Under the pieces are notes generated by a model. It ran no database searches. It was not told the origin of the DNA and saw only the letters and a list, made by a program, of their open reading frames with translations. From contig CAVTCR010000073.1 in the NCBI GenBank assembly GCA_963733195.1, positions 128,001 to 192,000 on the forward strand: DNA of 64,000 nucleotides. The letters are read 5' to 3'. Positions within the stretch are counted from its first letter, which is position 1. Every line of letters starts with the position of its first letter. Position numbers and translations under genes: made by a program. This DNA comes from an uncultured delta proteobacterium. Lineage in GTDB: Bacteria; Desulfobacterota; Binatia; Bin18. Below, one piece after another: positions 40,776-53,803 of the stretch.

Positions 40776-43700
40776 ATGGTTAAGCCCGTGAGTGCGACAC
40801 CTTCGGTTCTTTTCCGTCTGTGCGACCGCCTTATCATCGGAGGCATTTGCTTCCTACTCCTTTTTACCCCGTTAGCCTTTGGTGCCGTCCACCATCAAGC
40901 CTACTCTCTTATGGAAGGCGTGGTGTTTTTTCTGATTGCGTTCTGGATGGGAAAACTAGTGGTGATGAAATGGCAGCAGGTCTCTCCTGCAGTGCAGTTG
41001 CCCGAGCATCTATCTTTAATTCGCCGTCTCTTTCTTCCTCTTTTTTTGTTTGTGGGACTTATCGGTTTGCAGCTTGTTCCGCTACCGCCTGAACTGTTGG
41101 CTCGACTCTCTCCGGCGACGTACACATTGTACCGTCACAGCTTACCAGGATGGCCTGAACAAAGTCCGTACTGGGAGTGGCTGAAGCAAGAAGAGGGAGA
41201 GACGAAGACGGAGATAGAGACAGAGAGACAAGGAGACGAGGCTAAGAGCAGTGTCAGTACGGCGGTCTCTGCCTCAAATCGCTGTCTCACCTGTATAGCT
41301 ACAGTGGGAGAGTGGATGCCGTTATCTGTTGCGCCGGAATTGTCCCGCGCCGCCTTACTGCAGCTCCTTGCCTATGTCGGGTTCTTCGCTCTTTTACTTC
41401 TGTACCCTATGAGCGAGGACAACACGAAAAACGCCGAACGTCGATTCGTGCGCACGATTCTCGTTATCGTTCTGACCAGTGGAGCCCTCATTGCCACCAT
41501 CGGGGTCATCCAACGCTTTTTCTGGAACGGCAAGATCTTGTGGTTCTTTGTTCCGGAACAGTGGGAAGGTGCTTTACCGGATATCACTCCCCGTGCGAGT
41601 GGTCCATTTGTCAATAGCGACCATTTTGCCAACTACCTTGTACTCATCTTTCCCCTACTGCTTGGTGGGATTTCGGCTCAGAGGTTTTTTGCTTCTCGCA
41701 AGCAGGAAAATGCCTTCAAGATCTTCTGTGTGTTTGCCTTGTTTGTTTCTTTCGTTGGCATACTGCTCAGTCTTTCGCGTGGTGGGTGGATTGGTACAAG
41801 CTTAGCGACTGCGTATTTTCCTGTGGTTACTACGCAGGATACCTCTCGAACAACAGCCTCAGATTTTTCTCGCAATTTGGCTTCTCACGACTTCGCCAGG
41901 TGGTTCTCGGCTGCGGTATCTTCGTCTTCCTTACGCTCCTATTTATCGGATCATCAGGGCGGAACCAGATCGACGAGCGATTAGAGGAAACCCTGGCGGT
42001 TAACTCCGGACTGAGTGATCGGTTGTTGGTGTGGCAGGATTCATTGGGCATGATCCGCGACTTCCCACTTCTTGGGGTGGGATTCGGAGCATGGCCAGAA
42101 TTGTTTCCGCACTACCAACGTCCTCCGTGGGATCCTTTGCCATGGCGGGAAGCGCATAACGATTATCTTCAGTGTCTTGCGGAGACCGGCGTATTAGGCC
42201 TTGGTTTGTTGGTGTGGTTTTTCACCTCTGTTGTTATGCGGATGTGGAAAAAATTACAAACAGCGACCTCGCCATACATGTCACTTATCGCGGGCATCAT
42301 AGCAGCACTCGCCGCGATGGCTTTTCACGAAGGGTTTGATTTTAGTCTACAAATACCGGCGAATGCCTTGCTTTTTGCTACCCTTATCGCTGTAGGGTTG
42401 CGGATGGTTGGAAGTCGGGACTCCGATCTTGGAGGTAAGAGCAGTCGTCGATGGCAAACTCCTCTCGCTGTGAGTGTGGGAATACTGGCTGTCGTTCTGG
42501 GTGTTGTAGCGCTCACGCAGGAGAAAGTTACTCGCCGAAACGATCCTGACGACTTCACTTCTATAGCTGAGGCTCGAGAAAATATTCTCGCCTTTCCCGC
42601 ACGCTCTGACGGTCACGTTGCCTTCTTTGACCTCCAAGAAGAAAACGTGCCGCTTCCGGAGCGGATGAAAGAACTTGAGATTGCCCTGCGGTTGACTCCA
42701 CTCAATCCAGAGATCCGCGATCAATATATCGTTGCGCTCCTTGAGCAAGGACAACAGGAAGCCGCTCTGAAAGAAGTCCAGCAGTCGGTTTTTAACTCTC
42801 CTCTTCTTGGCACGCATTTTTATCTGGCTTCCGAAGCAATTCCATCACTTGATCCGCCGGAACTGCGAGCGATCGAGGAGGGGATGGTGAAGGCAACAGA
42901 CTGGCGGGATTTGCTAACTCGGGGATGGGGCTGTGGTGAGTTTTTATACTATACTGAATCGATTCTCAGAGGCTGGGGAGACCTATGGTAAAGGCGGCAG
43001 AGAAGGGGAAACAGCAGACCGTTATCGAGTTCGCCCCTTGTTTGAGGCGGCCCGAGCGTATGCGCGAGCCGGGGAGGGGAAGAAAGCAGAATCCTTTTTA
43101 CGCCAGGTCTGCCAGCTTACTCCCACTGACCCTGTTCCTTATCAACTACTTGTGAATGAAGTGCTGGTTCCTAGAGGGGCAATCACTGAGGCAAAAGATA
43201 TTGTGAACACGGGTATCAAGCAAGGAGCACCTCCGATGATATTACTCATGTCCCTTGCTGAGGCAGTACGGAGAGCCGGTAAGATGGACGAAGCCAAATC
43301 CATATTGCAAGAGGTGCTCAAACGTTACCCTCGGACTTTTGATGCACAGGTGCGATTCGGACGCTTGTTCCTACAAGAACAAAACTTTGATCGAGCTGTA
43401 CTGACGCTACAGAAAGCGATCGAACTTCAGGGAAATTCTGTTTCTGCCCTTGACCTGCTTGGCCAGGCTGAAGAAGGACGGAAGCAATTCGGAGCAGCGG
43501 AAAAGGCATATGCAACGGTACTACACCTCGAACCCAACAATGCCTTAGTGCGACAGCGATACGTCGCTTTACAGCAGCGACTCAACGAAAATGATCTGCT
43601 CTCAAAAGGGGAAGAGGTAAAGCGTTACTACCGAAAGTTCAGTCCCGCTTCTATAAAGAGTCAGCAGGTCGCTGAACGTGACGACGGAGACGCATTTCCC

Positions 43701-43832
43701 CGAGGCGCATCTCAGAAAATCCCCATTGCTGGTAAAGTTTTCTCTTTTTCTGCCGAAAGCATCTTTGTCGGGGCGGTTCCTAGTTCCATCCAATTTTTAG
43801 ATCAAAGCGAAATATGCGCAGACAGCAGTTGA
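40776..43832 (+). CDS. O-antigen ligase (Wzy_C) family protein with C-terminal TPRs, frameshifted
   Basis: RASGPFVNSDHFANYL, LSLSRGG, DFPLLGVGFG, EAHNDYLQCLAETG, DFSLQIPAN, then TPRs (ORFs starting 40776, 41786, 42933). Confidence 0.8.
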
Positions 43833-45326
43833 CAAAAGGCATCTCTCAATGCCCTTGCCGGTTCGCTCGATTATATCGGCGGTATGGTTGTCTCATTTGT
43901 CATTACCCCAGTATTGCTCGGGGGATTAGGGAGTTCTGTTTTTGGGTGTGGCAGGCGCTCCAGCGTTTCACTGGCGCGATTTCCGTGGCTGATGGACGAT
44001 CGAGTCAGGTGTTGAAATGGGTCATTGCCAATCATCAAGATTCGACCGATGACGCACAAAAGCGACGCGATATTGGTGCTGCACTCTGGGCCTGGGGCTC
44101 TCCTGGGTTGCTTGTCTTCAGTAGTGTCGTGGTGTGGCTCTCTCCCTATGTGGCAAAAATCCCTCCTGAAATGTATCCGTCATGTACATGACGAGTGGAT
44201 TGCTCGTCACAAATTTGCTCATTGCTGGGCTTGTCGAATTACCAGCATCTGCCTTGCGAGGAATGAACCTGGGTTACAGGCGAATGGGCCTCGGAGTAGG
44301 ACTGACAGTAATGGGCGGGTTACTTTCAGCCCTTGTTGTGGCGCGGGGATGGGGACTCGTTGGATTGGCAGCAAGCAAGATCGCCGTCTGCGTTGGTGAC
44401 TGGGGCTCCTATTCTGGCGAATTGCGTTTCAACACCTTTCCTGGTTTGGCATTGAGCGACCAACATGGAGTGAGGTGCAGCAAGATTCACTCAGAGTGGC
44501 TGGTTTCTGGCGTGGGCCTTAGTGGATAAGCTGTTGTTTACTTGTGATATTGTTCTCTTGCTTATCTGGGTTCGGCTTCTGCGGTCACCAATTTTCACCG
44601 TGACTGGATACGCCATTCAGATGCTTGCCGGCTTGACGACAATGGGTGTGGGCGTGACGAGCCCTGGGCTTGGCGGGTTAGTCGGACAAAACAACTCCCT
44701 AAAGTTGCTACCCTACGCCAGGAAATACTGCTCTATAGTTGGTTATTTACGACAGTGTGTGGAGCGATGGTATTGCTCTGGAATCGCTCTTTTGTCCATC
44801 TTTGGGTTGGGAACGAGCACTACGCTGGGGAGCTCACCAACTTTCTTCTCGTCCTACTTGCCATACAGTTGATTTTTATTCGGAATGAGGCAGGTATTCT
44901 CGATTTAACTTTGGATTCTGCGTAAAAAAGTGGCACTAGGTACAGTAGCTGCTGTGTTGTCGCTCGGACTTGCACTCGTACTAACCCCGAAGTTCGGCAT
45001 GATTGGCCTTTGCCTCGGTCTGCTGGTCGGGCGCTTAGTCTTGACGATCTCGTATCCGTTACTTGTCAATGCATTTCTCCAGCACTCTACTGAGGCGCAA
45101 CCCATTTCGTGGTGGCGGCCACTACTGGTAACGATGGCCTTGTTTGCCTTCTCAGCTCATGTCGGCCAAGAGACGCGTCGTAAAAGAGTGGACCTCATGG
45201 GGGGCTGCGGTTGGGACAAGCTTTCTCTTATTAATGGCTTGTTGCGTGACGCTGGGACTCTCCCCAAAACAAAAGCAGCAACTGTTCACTCGAGTAAAGG
45301 CTGTTCAACCACTTCCTGGAGTGTAA
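43814..45326 (+). CDS. Wzx-like flippase, multiple frameshifts
   Basis: Hydrophobic fragments in several frames (FGVWQALQR, LRGMNLGYRRMG, PKFGMIGLCLG). Confidence 0.65.
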
Positions 45327-45392
45327 AGTCCTCATGAGGGGTACATCATTGCAACTCCAGACACGGGCGTCCTCAGTCAAACAAGATCAGAA

Positions 45393-46737
45393 GTGATGGC
45401 GTCTTTCGTTTCTCGACCACCCACGCCGGTGTTGTGGTTGCTCGGCGTTGCCCTCATGCTTTTCACGGTACAACCGTGGTCAGTCGAAGTTGCCGAGATT
45501 CCGCTCCAAGTCATCCTCATATGGATCCTCGCAGGGTGGTTGATACTGTTTCGGACTCAGCTCTTTGCGAGGACGCTTCTCCTCTTCTCACCTTTTCAGT
45601 GGAGTCTGATCGTGGTGTTGGGAGTCGCTATTTTCCTGCGGTCGGCCTTGGATGGGTGGGAGATGTTGCGATTTATCCAGTTCTTGACGGGACTCCTGAT
45701 CGCATTCTGCAACTGTGCGCTGTTCAAGCATGAAAAAACACAGAAAGTGATATTTTATGCGCTTGCACTAGCAGGTGCCATTAGTGGCGCTGTCGCGGTC
45801 TTACAGCTTCCCGGCTATGCCTCTTGGACCTGGGAGAGAACTGTCTACATGACCCTCCACGGCGGTTGGAAAATTGGTGCACCAACAGGTTTGGAAGCAT
45901 CTCCGGTAGCGTTTCCTTTCAGTATGTTGGGGATTGGGGTGGTTCTGCTCTTCTCTTGGATTATACAACGACGAACTGACATCGTATTGGTGCGTATTTC
46001 ACCCCTTCCCGCTCTTGTCATGCTCTTTGCCATTTTTACCGGTCTGCTTGTGACGCAAAGTCGCTCTGGAATTTTGAGTGTTGTCGGTGGCATCTTATTG
46101 TTAATGGTAGGGACTCGGCGATTGTCTCTCAAGTTTCTTCCCATAGCCACCGTTCTTGCCGCAACCGTGTGCGTCGCCTACGCCCAGTTCGTGAAAGACG
46201 GCACTGGTCAAGATGCACGGTTGGGAGCGACATGGGCTGCATTGGGCCCGTACTATGGCATTTCCCATTCGGAAAACCTCAGGGATTCGAGAACCTCGAT
46301 GCGTTGGATGCTGCGTCTTTGGGAATAGCCGACGAAAAGTATGGGCTGGCGATCGAACAAATCATGTTCAAGGGAAAAGCTATTGCTCCCCACAACTTCC
46401 TCTTGACTACTGGCGTAGAGTTGGTCCCGGCGCAGTCGCGTTAGCCCTCCTCTATGGTTCGGTGCTGCGGCAAGGAATGAAGAAACTACGACTGTTACAA
46501 CGAACGAAGGATACGATACCTGCGTTGTGGCTCCTCGCTTTTTTGGCAGCGAATACGTGTCTCCTCATTCATTCGTGCTTTCATAATGCCAACTTGGCGA
46601 CAGGAGAGATGCGAAACTGGCTGTGGCTCGGTCTGTTGCTCCTCGTGAGTCGGCCTCAGGCGGAACAGTGGCTGCGTCCGCAGGTTGAGTGGCAGGAGAC
46701 GTACCAAGACTCTCTCTCTCGTGAGGAAATGTGGTGA
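45393..46737 (+). CDS. Wzy-like polymerase, frameshifted
   Basis: Many TM helices, TQSRSG, APHN, HSCFHN. Confidence 0.65.
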
Positions 46738-46787
46738 TGGAGAAGTACATTAAATTGACAGTAAATGTTCACTAATAGAGAGTGACT

Positions 46788-47814
46788 ATGAAAACAGTAA
46801 GGAAGATATGTATTCCATCAGAACGCGGTGGAGTTGGCGGACCAGCCTCATTTCAAAAAAAGCTGACTTCCGGCCTCTTTGCAAAGCAGGTGGAGGTAAC
46901 CCATGATTTCATGGATACCCCCTACGATGCGGTTCTCGTTATCAATGCCACCAAACATCTTGGTGCACTCTGGAGATGTAAGAAAAGAGGGATTCATAAT
47001 CAGCGTCTCGGTGGTCTCAACTGGATGCACCGCCGTATGTCATTCGGTCTCCGGACTTCTTTCTTGGCAGAATTTCGTAACTTTACCATGGCGTTCGTAC
47101 GCAGGCACCTTGCTGATCATATCGTGTACCAAAGTCAATTCGTTGCCGACTGGTGGGCGAAAAGCTTCGGTCGAAGCACGAAGAAGGAGCACCTGATCTA
47201 TAACGGAGTTGATCTCTCTCAGTTTGGCCATCAAGGAGATACTAGTCGGAAGCGGATGTCTGTGTGATCAGTGTAGAGGGAACTCAAGGGATAACGATCA
47301 CTCGATACAGCTAGAACTGGCTCGTGAACTCTGCGAGCGCGGACTCAAGAGTGAGGTGCTCATGTTTGGAAGTCTCTGGTCGGGGGTGCAGCGTGAGGCT
47401 GTGGTGAAGTATCCCTTCGTTCATTTTCGTGGCGCTATTCCCAATGCTGAACTGCCATACTTCTATCGCGGAGCCAAACTATACGTCTCTACTGATGTAC
47501 TCGCAGCATGTCCAAATAGTGTGATTGAGGCATTAGCCGTGGGACGCCGGACTAGGATTCATGCCGGTGTGCTGCCAGAGATGGTTGCAAGAACAGCAGG
47601 CCGTTGTGTTCAGCCAGTCGGAAACCCGTGGCAATGTGAAACACTTGGTAACCTCAATGGTCTCTGCGAGGCAGCGCTCGAAGTCTGCGACAACTGGTCA
47701 CACTTTCATCGCAATGCGCGAGGATTAGCAGAAGAACGTTACAGTTTGGACCGCATGGTCAATGCCTATTGGGGAATCTTGCTCAATGAAAAGCTACGTC
47801 CTGCTTCTTCGTAA
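46788..47814 (+). CDS. GT4-family glycosyltransferase, frameshifted
   Basis: GGVGGPASF, ADHIVYQSQF, IYNGVDL, ACPNSVIEALA. Confidence 0.8.
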
Positions 47815-47942
47815 AAATCGAAAAGAGAACCGCTCAAAAGTCATACAGGTATGAACGGTCCCTTGCCTCCGCCAGATATTAGCTTGAGGTGAGCAACTCA
47901 TTACTTTGAGACAAGAATCACTTGAATCGAGGCTGGTTGTCT

Positions 47943-49053
47943 ATGCGGAAGCCTAACGTCCTTATCGTCCAACGAGTACTGCCACCGTATCGACTACCAT
48001 TATTCCAGCGATTGGCGGCATCATCAGATTTTTCGTTGACAATGGCGTATGGTGACGCAGTTGCCGGTTCAGCATTGGAAAGCTTGTCACAACCCGGCGG
48101 ACTACACGTTACACAGTTAGACAATATCTATGTCGGCGGAGCAGAGCGTATGGTATGTCAGCGAGGGATATTGTCGCTCCTGCGGTCTGGCAAGTATGAG
48201 GTCGTCATTGCTGAGTTTAATCCCCGAATTATTTCCAGTGTACTCGCCTGTCTTTATGCCAAACAGAAAACTGTGAAGTGGATCTGGTGGGGGCAAGGAA
48301 TGGGCCCCTTTGCAACTGCACTAAGTGTGCGTCTGCGTTTGCACTTAGCCCAGGTCGCCGACGCGCTCATCTTCTACGATGATGAGCAACAAGAACGATT
48401 TGTTTCACTAGGAGTGCCACAAGCAAAGGCCTTCGTGGCACGCAATTCTATCGAGACTGAGGGCATAGAGTTACTTCGGCAGCCACGGCCACGGAGTGAA
48501 AGAAACTATGTCCTTTATATTGGCCGTCTAACTAAACGGAAGAAAGTTGACTGCCTCATTCGAGGGTTTTACGAGAGTTCTATCCCCAGTTGCCTCCAGA
48601 GACACAGCTGGTCCTTATCGGCGATGGTCCGGAGCGAAATGCTTTAGTACAACTTGTGACACAGCTTGCCCTGACTGAACGGGTGCAGTTTCTTGGTGCG
48701 CTCTATGATCAAAAGGAACTGGCGCCGTGGTTTAATGCGGCGTGGGCCTCAATTTCCCTGGGGCAATCGGGTTAAGTGCAATTCACAGTCTAGCCTACGG
48801 TGTGCCGCTCGTTGTCGCTCGCAGTGAAGCTCATGGCCCTGAAATCGGAGCTATGGAGAATGGTACGAATGGTTTGTTTTTCACCTCAGATGATGTCGCA
48901 GACCTGAGTCAAAAGCTCTGGACGCTTTCCAGTAACCCTCAACGATGGGAATGTATGGCAAAGGCCGCATACTGTACAGTCCAAGATCGTTTCAGCCTAG
49001 AGAAAATGGTTCGTACTTTTGAGTGCGCGGTCAAATATGTGCAAAGAACCTAA
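47943..49053 (+). CDS. GT4-family glycosyltransferase, frameshifted
   Basis: PPYRLPLF, LYIGRLTKRKKVD, IGDGPER, GLSAIHSLAYGVP...HGPE. Confidence 0.8.
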
Positions 49054-49159
49054 GGCACAGGGGGACCTCTCTCGTTATAGGAGAAGGAGAGTACGGTCAC
49101 GCATTGGGGAAACGGTATCAGCAGTGACAAATGATATCTCAGAGTTTCGGAGGATCACA

Positions 49160-50050
49160 GTGAAATTACTCGACATCGCACGCTTTATCATCAATCATCC
49201 GTTAAGCACTGGCAAAAAGTTCACTGCTCTCAGTCGCTTTGCCCAATGGCAACTAAGTAGTCGGGTTTTTCCGAGCCCTATCGTAGTTTCGTTTGTCAAC
49301 GATTCGCGTCTGTTGATGAAGCGAGGAATGACTGGTGCGACTGCCAATCTGTATGCTGGACTGCATGAGTTTGCCGATATGGCGTTCGTGTTACACGTAC
49401 TCAGAAAGACTGACGTCTTTGTTGACGTTGGTGCGAATATTGGCTCCTATACGGTACTTGCGGCAAAAGTAGTTGGCTCGAAGAGCATTGCTATTGAGCC
49501 TGTTCCGGTGACGTTTTCCCATCTGTTGGACAACATTAATCTAAATCGGATCTATGAGCATGTTGTAGCACTGAATATTGGGCTTGCGAGCAGTAATGGG
49601 ACACTCGCATTCACCTCGGCGCTCGATTCGACAAATCATGTCGTCCCAAACGGTAGCAAAGATGCCGCAACCGTTGAAGTCTCGGTTAAAAAACTTGATG
49701 ACGTGCTGACAGAAGCAGAGCCTTTTCTCATGAAAATAGACGTTGAAGGCTATGAGTCTGAGGTTGTCACCGGTGGAGAGAAGGCGTTTAGGAGAAGCTC
49801 GCTGAATGCTGTGGTTATGGAGCTCAGAGGTTACGGGAGGCGTTATGGGCAGGACGATTCAGCGGTACACCAGAAAATGCTTGATTATGGGTTTACTCCT
49901 TGTGCTTATTTGCCCTTGAAGCGAGAAGTGGTTTCCCTCGGGAATAAAATCTCATCTTCTGGGAATACGCTTTACCTCAGAGATATTGAAGAGGCTGGAC
50001 ATCGGGTGCGAACTGCACCGGGATTCGCAGTCAACGGAAAAGTCATTTGA
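49160..50050 (+). CDS. FkbM-family methyltransferase
   Basis: FVDVGANIGSYT, AIEPVP, MKIDVEGYE; RBS GGAGG before GTG 49160. Confidence 0.88.
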   Translation: MKLLDIARFIINHPLSTGKKFTALSRFAQWQLSSRVFPSPIVVSFVNDSRLLMKRGMTGATANLYAGLHEFADMAFVLHVLRKTDVFVDVGANIGSYTVLAAKVVGSKSIAIEPVPVTFSHLLDNINLNRIYEHVVALNIGLASSNGTLAFTSALDSTNHVVPNGSKDAATVEVSVKKLDDVLTEAEPFLMKIDVEGYESEVVTGGEKAFRRSSLNAVVMELRGYGRRYGQDDSAVHQKMLDYGFTPCAYLPLKREVVSLGNKISSSGNTLYLRDIEEAGHRVRTAPGFAVNGKVI

Positions 50051-50348
50051 GAACGTATCACTCGTAGACACGCAAGCTGCCATTGTTCGATCTGAGTCTC
50101 TTCCATCTGGTGCAGATTAGTTGGAGTCTCGTCGATTAGCACGGTCTAAAGAGGATAGCATCTGGGACCGTATCGATGTGCCCTGTCATGCTTCATCCTA
50201 AGTCAGGAAGTTTGGATACGGCCTAAAGTTTCTCGTCACTTTGCCGAAGACATGTGATACCGGGAACAACTCAGCCTTCAGTACGCATTCTGCGTGAATA
50301 CATAGCTCAATGCAGGGGGATGCATGAGGACTTTTGAGGAGTCTGCTG

Positions 50349-51617
50349 ATGAAGCTCTGTTTTCTTGCTGATGCCCGTAGTCCGATCGCGCAGAACTGGA
50401 TTCGCTATCTGCTTCGTGCTGGGCATGAGGTCCATCTCGTTTCCTCGTATCCTTGCGATCCTGCCATGTTGCCGGTGCTTCGCTGCATGTTGTACCCATC
50501 GCATTTCGTGGTTTGGCTCTCAACCAATACGAAACACCAGTAGGAGGGAGGACGACCAAGAACGATTCCCTCACTGGACAACTGTGACCAAGAGGCATTT
50601 ATGCCCCTTTTTTCGCATGTGCGTCATTGGCTCGGTCCACTGGATGTCTATCGCTATGTTGGTCAAATCCGCCAGCTCCTGACTCAACTGCAGCCGGAGC
50701 TGTCCACGCGATGCGCATTCCGTTTGAAGGGATTCTTGCTGCCGAAGCACTGCAAGGACAGAACGATCCCTCTGTTAGTCTCAGTCTGGGGAAACGACTT
50801 TACATTGCATGCACACGGGTCGCCTCTGATCGGTTACCTGACTAAACGGGTTATCACGTGCGAATGGGCTGCATCCAGATTGTCATCGTGACCTCCTCCT
50901 GGCGCAGGCAATGGGGGTTTGCCAGAGACAAAACCCAGCGGCCGTTCTTCCGAGCGCGAGGAGGTATTCAGACCGACTTGTTTCATCCAGGACCAGCAGA
51001 TCGACAGTTGGTAGAGCGTTTGCGGATTCCTGTCGACGCTCCCGTGGTGCTCAATCCGCGCGGCATTCGCGGCTACGTGCGAAACGATACTTTTTTTCAG
51101 GCCATCCCGTTAGTCCTAAGAAGAAAACCGAACGTGATATTTCTCGGTTTAGCGATGCACGGCAGTCCGGTTGCAGAGAAATGGGTTGAGCGCCTTCACC
51201 TTGGACATGCTGTCCGCCTGCTTCCGCCAGTATCTCGTAGTGAGGTAGCTGATCTCTTTCGTTTGGCAGATGTAGCAGTTTCACCGAGTGAACATGACGG
51301 CACTCCGAATACTCTTCTTGAGGCAATGGCATGTGGCTGCATTTCCTGTCGCCGGGAATATCGAGTCGGTCCGAGAGTGGATTGATGATGGAGAAAATGG
51401 ACTCCTGTGCGATCCCGCAAACCCAGAATCGCTAGCCGCAGCTATTGTCCGTGCCCTCGATGATGCAGAGCTGCGCCGAAAAGCAAAGGTGCGCAATCAA
51501 CAACTTGTAGCTGAGCGAGCGGATTATCAAACAGTGATGGCACAAGCTGAGGCGTTCTATGCGGATCTCATTCGCAATGCCACGCCCATGAATTCTGTGT
51601 TTCAGAAAGTAGCCTAG
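50349..51617 (+). CDS. GT4-family glycosyltransferase, multiple frameshifts
   Basis: SVWGNDFTLH, NPRGIRGYVRNDTFF, SEHDGTPNTLLEAMACG, WIDDGENGLL. Confidence 0.8.
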
Positions 51618-51619
51618 TT

Positions 51620-53796
51620 ATGAAACAACTGATGCAATCAGTCCGTACTGGAGAGACGCTCGTCGCCGACTTGCCTGCTCCGCAAGTGCAGGCCGCGACA
51701 GTGTTGATACAAACTGCGGTCTCCCTCGTTTCCGCTGGCACGGAACGTATGGTAGTGGAGTTTGCGAACAAAGGGTTATTAGCCAAAGCACGGAGCCGTC
51801 CGGACCTAGTGCGTCAGGTGTTCGATAAAGCGAAGCGCGAGGGTATCCTCAGCACCTTGGAGGCCGTCCGCAATCGTCTCGATCAGCCGATGGCTCTCGG
51901 CTACAGCAGTGCCGGTGTCGTTGTCGAGGTTGGTAAGAACGTTGAAGGCTTTCACGTTGGTGACCGTGTTGCATGTGCCGGTGGTGGATACGCGGCGCAT
52001 GCAGAAGTCGTCAACGTTCCCAAGAATCTGGTTGCCAAACTCCCTGCCGAGGTTGAGTTTGAAGCGGCTGCGTTCGCCACGCTTGGTGCCATCGCGTTAC
52101 AGGGAATTCGCTTAGCTGAGGTCAAACTCGGTGAAGTTGTTGCGGTGATCGGCCTCGGTCTGCTTGGACAACTAACCGTTCAGATGCTCAAGGCGGCAGG
52201 ATGCGTAGTTGTAGGGATGGACATCAAGTCACAGCGTGCGGAGCTTGCTCACCAGTTCGGTGCCGATGCAGTGGCGATCACTGCGGAGCAATGTCATGCG
52301 CTGTGTAGTCAACTTTCCGTTGGTCATGGCGCCGATGCTGTGCTTATTACTGCTGACACCAAAGAAAATCTTCCCGTCGAGCTGGCTGGCCAAGTGGCAC
52401 GCAACAAAGGCATTGTCGTCGCTGTAGGTGCGGTGGGTATGAACATCCCACGCAAAACGTATTACGAAAAAGAGCTTGACTTCCGCATCTCACGCTCCTA
52501 CGGTCCTGGCCGCTACGACGCCGAGTACGAGGAGAAGGGACACGACTACCCCATCGGCTATGTGCGCTGGACGGAGAACCGCAATATCCAAGCCTTCGTG
52601 CGCTTGCTTGCCGAAGGCAGAGTCAATGTGAAACCACTGATCACACACCGGTTCGCCATCGAGCAGGCAGCTCAAGCATACGACGTAGTTTTGGGTAAAA
52701 CTGGCGAGCCATTCATGGGCGTTCTGTTAACCTACCCTGAGCAGCCGAATCTCTCTCGGCATGTTGCTTTACGTGTCATCCATCCCCGTCCTGAGGAGCA
52801 CCGGCTTCTTTCTAATCAACTCACTGTTGGTTTTCTCGGTGCAGGAAACTTTGCTACAGCGACTTTGCTACCAGCCATGAAAGACCTTCCCAGCTTAACG
52901 CTGACAGGGGTGTGTACTGCGACTGGCATGACAAGTCGGACTGTTGGCGAAAAGTTTGGCTTCAATTTTTGCACGACGGCTGAGGATGAACTTTTCCACA
53001 ACCCTGAGATCAACACGGTCGTCATTACGACCCGCCACCATCTCCATGCTCGACAAGTGTTGGCTGCGCTCTGCAGCCGGAAAACGCGTGTTCTGCGAAA
53101 AACCTCTGTGTCTGAACGCTGATGAGCTACAGACGATAACTCAGGCGTACGAAGGGCACAGCAATCCCTTTGTGATGGTAGGTTACAATCGTCGCTTTGC
53201 GCCGATGGCGCGACAATTGAAAACGTTTCTCGCCACCGTGCAGGAACCGTTGGTGATGCAGTACCGCGTGAATGCAGGGTACATTCCACTGGAACACTGG
53301 GTGCACGATCCTCAGCAAGGCGGAGGGCGGATCATTGGTGAAGTGTGTCATTTCGTCGATTTCCTTTCATTTCTGACCGGCTCACTTCCTATGCAAGTGT
53401 ATGCCTCGGCGTTACCAAATAGTGGCCGCTACTGTGGCGATAACATTGCGGTAACACTCACTTTCGCCAATGGCTCGATCGGGACGATTACCTACGTTGC
53501 CAGTGGTGACAAATCTTTTCCTAAGGAACGAATCGAGATATTCGGCGGAGAGTCGGTCGCTGTGCTTGACGATTTTCGTAGCCTCGAACTCATCCGCAAT
53601 GGAGACCGCCAGGTCCACAAGGCTCGACTCCGACAAGATAAGGGGCATCGTAGTGAATGGGAGGCGATCGTAGCGGCGGTACAAAGTGGCGGGCCGGAGC
53701 CGATTCCTTTCAGCTGAAAGTGTGGCAACCGCGCAAGCGACGTTTGCGATCATCGAATCGCTCCGAACGGGTAAGGCGGTCGAGCTAAGGGCATAG
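51620..53796 (+). CDS. Bi-domain oxidoreductase (Zn-ADH plus Gfo/Idh/MocA), frameshifted
   Basis: SLVSAGTE, GLGLLGQL, SRSYGPGRYD, YVRWTENRN, GAGNFA, EKPL, GYNRRF, GEVCHFVD, QDKGH. Confidence 0.88.
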
Positions 53797-53803
53797 GAGA
53801 GAC

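Noticed and set aside
40513-40791. Short ORFs between wzc and the ligase gene
   Set aside because: Translations of the palindromic repeat
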